Part shown: piece after piece, positions 61,683 through 64,000 of the stretch
Layout of the letters: each line of letters opens with the position of its first letter
How positions within the stretch are numbered: the stretch's first letter is position 1
Assembly (NCBI RefSeq): GCF_018350175.1
Contig: NC_058369.1
Location: forward strand, 159,836,001 to 159,900,000
Reading direction: 5' to 3'
Source: Felis catus
Lineage: Eukaryota
DNA: 64,000 bases
The notes under the pieces: model-generated
What the model saw: the letters and a program-made list of their open reading frames with translations, nothing else
Told to the model about the DNA's origin: nothing
Database searches by the model: none
Translations under genes and position numbers: made by a program

Positions 61683-62735
61683 GGAGAACAAAGTAAGGAG
61701 ACCCTAGATTAGGTGTGTCGAGGAAGGAGGTGGTTTAAAGCCTGTGTAGGTGATCAATAGCATCAAATGTGGCAACGAGGTCACCAGAGTGAAAGAAGGG
61801 ACATAAAGGCATCAAACTAAACACAAGGAGACACTGCTTGTATTTTTTTTTATACCACGACTTTGTATTATCTCTAGTTTGCATTTCCAGAAAAAAAGTT
61901 AACTTGATTCAAAAGGAGATTAATTATAGGGATCTCTTATTTTCACTGTATTTGACAAATTACTCTTTCAAAGCCTTTGTCCTACCAGCGGTAAATATTA
62001 CATCAGCATATTGCCCTCTATATTAGTTAAAATTGCAAGAAATTAAGAATTTCTTAATACACAGAACAGGGTATTTCCCGAGGTGAAGAAGTGTTACAGG
62101 GCATCTATAAAGAATTACTTCTGTCAGGATTCTTATGATGTTCCGAATCATATGGAGGAGAGAGTGGAGAGTGAACGTTTTCCAGTTTGAAATGCCGAAG
62201 ATGGTACAATATTAGGAAAGAGATAAAGTAATATTAAACATCACAAGAATGATTCTAACTTGGAAGTCGTTGAGAACCCCATGCCCTATATCCTTATGCC
62301 CATCTTTCTATGCCCATCCCTATGCCCATCTTTCTCAGATGACAACATAATCTTGTCACTGTCTTCAGTTTCCAAATTCATTAAAAGTATGAGCAAATAG
62401 AATGACAGTGTCACCGTTGGCAGGAATGCAAGCCTGGGGCCCCTTCACTTAGAGAAATGCGTAAGTAAATCTAATTTAGCAAATTAGTAAATCTAATATA
62501 AATTTTTTAATGCTGCTGTATCTTCTTTCCAATACATAAATCCTACTTTACATTATTACTCGTGATTGTTTTATCTCCTTTCTAATGTGAAAGCTTCATG
62601 GAGAGAGGGACCCTGTCCTATTTCTATGTTTATTTTCATCTTGCTATATGGTTAGGGACTTTGCTGAGTGGGTTATGTATTGTTGTATTTGTTCCATACC
62701 CCAACACTATCAGGTAGATGGTATTATCATTATAA

Positions 62736-62736
<1 letters not shown>

Positions 62737-62769
<33 letters not shown>
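62737..62769. repeat. (TTA)n microsatellite within a MIR relic (~62640-62900)
   Basis: Seen directly; gaggttaagtgacttgtcctagatca is MIR core on the minus strand. Confidence 0.9.
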
Positions 62770-62771
<2 letters not shown>

Positions 62772-64000
62772 ATTAATCATTAGTAGCACTATTAATTATT
62801 ATTTTATTTCCACTTCACCCGTGAGGATATGGTCTTAGAGGTTAAGTGACTTGTCCTAGATCAGGTATAACTATTTGACTCCAAGGGCCAAATTTTAGCC
62901 ACCTTGTGGTGTTTCCCGGTATCTGAACTATGTTAATGCCCTTAATATAGTTAAGAGTTATACACAAAAAGAAGTCTAAAACGGTAAGACCCCCAGACCC
63001 AAGTGATGGCAAAAAATCAACTACAGATGCTCAATATGGAGCCAAGAACTAAGAGAGAAATGAGAGTTTATCATATTTTGAAGATTGTAATGTAATAGAT
63101 GGATGATGACAATTATGCTTGAGTGTTATTTTTGCTATTATTACTTGAAGCCCCCAAAAGAACTTAGAACAAAATATGGTGGATGTAATTCAGATTTTAA
63201 TTCAATAAAAGAGAAATCTTGAAATCACCGGTGGTATCTCTCCTTACTGCTGTTGATCAGGCAGAGGGCGGTGATTATGTATCACGGATGCTGTTGAAAA
63301 AAGTCTTAGAGGTGAGCTAGCTTCTTTCAGGGGTTATAAATCTGTAGAATCTGGTTTAATGCTCAACACCTATCATGAAATCATAAAGATTTCAGTTGAC
63401 TTGAGAAAAGTGAAATATGTAGAGCAGGGATATCACCAGCTTTTTTTATTCCCTAGGATCAGTTTCGATGTAAACCTCTGATTTACTTAGAGCATTGGTA
63501 TTTATATATACATTTTTGGAAACAGATCTGATTGCAGTTATGATTTTGCTAAAATGCTAAATGCGTTGTTGGCATTCAACCATTTACCATTTTGGTATAA
63601 TTATTATTAATATAATTAGTATTATTCTGCCTATGAATATGAATGTGACAATTAGAATAATTGGGACGAGTGACATTATAAATCTTCTTCCTCTCAACTT
63701 TGTCATATATTTTATGTATGCCTTATCATTAGAGCTAATACTTACATAAAGTTATATAATCTTGTGGAAAAGTGAGAAAATGGTCATTTGACCCTGAATG
63801 ACATGAACAAAGCAGGTCAGAAAAACAATGTATACATAATTTAATACACCAAGAAATTTTCATGTCAGTTATTTTTAGTGGCATCAAACTTCACTTTTTG
63901 GAAGGAATTAGGTGATATAAAAATAACTTCTGATAGTCAGCAGAGACTTTCACATTACGGACTATCAAATTCTGTAAACATATTTGATTATTGTTTGTTA

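Overview
Mammalian, almost certainly felid (cat-family), genomic DNA from a draft assembly with 4 N-gaps, all inside repeats. The window is largely non-coding. It carries 39 tRNA-derived Can-SINEs (SINEC_Fc-type, including four very young copies), six L1 3' fragments (one with a 5' inversion), L2 and MIR relics, MaLR/ERVL LTRs (MLT1, MLT2), DNA transposon fossils (MER102-, MER5A-, Arthur1- and Tigger2a-like) and several microsatellites. The supplied ORFs are almost all repeat-derived or chance; the only recognisable protein motifs are L1 ORF2 C-terminus and L2 reverse-transcriptase remnants. The one gene signal is a cluster of short minus-strand exon candidates in the first 1.9 kb. The best of these (116-164) encodes an acidic peptide, SETQDDEEEQDEIEAE. 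It may be the 5' end of a gene that runs off the left edge; I could not identify the gene. The remainder looks like upstream intergenic or intronic DNA with several repeat-free, motif-dense candidate enhancers. I found no evidence of a novel multi-gene system. The most notable observations are retrotransposition and replication footprints and candidate regulatory elements. Repeat subfamily names are from recalled consensus sequences, and repeat boundaries are approximate.
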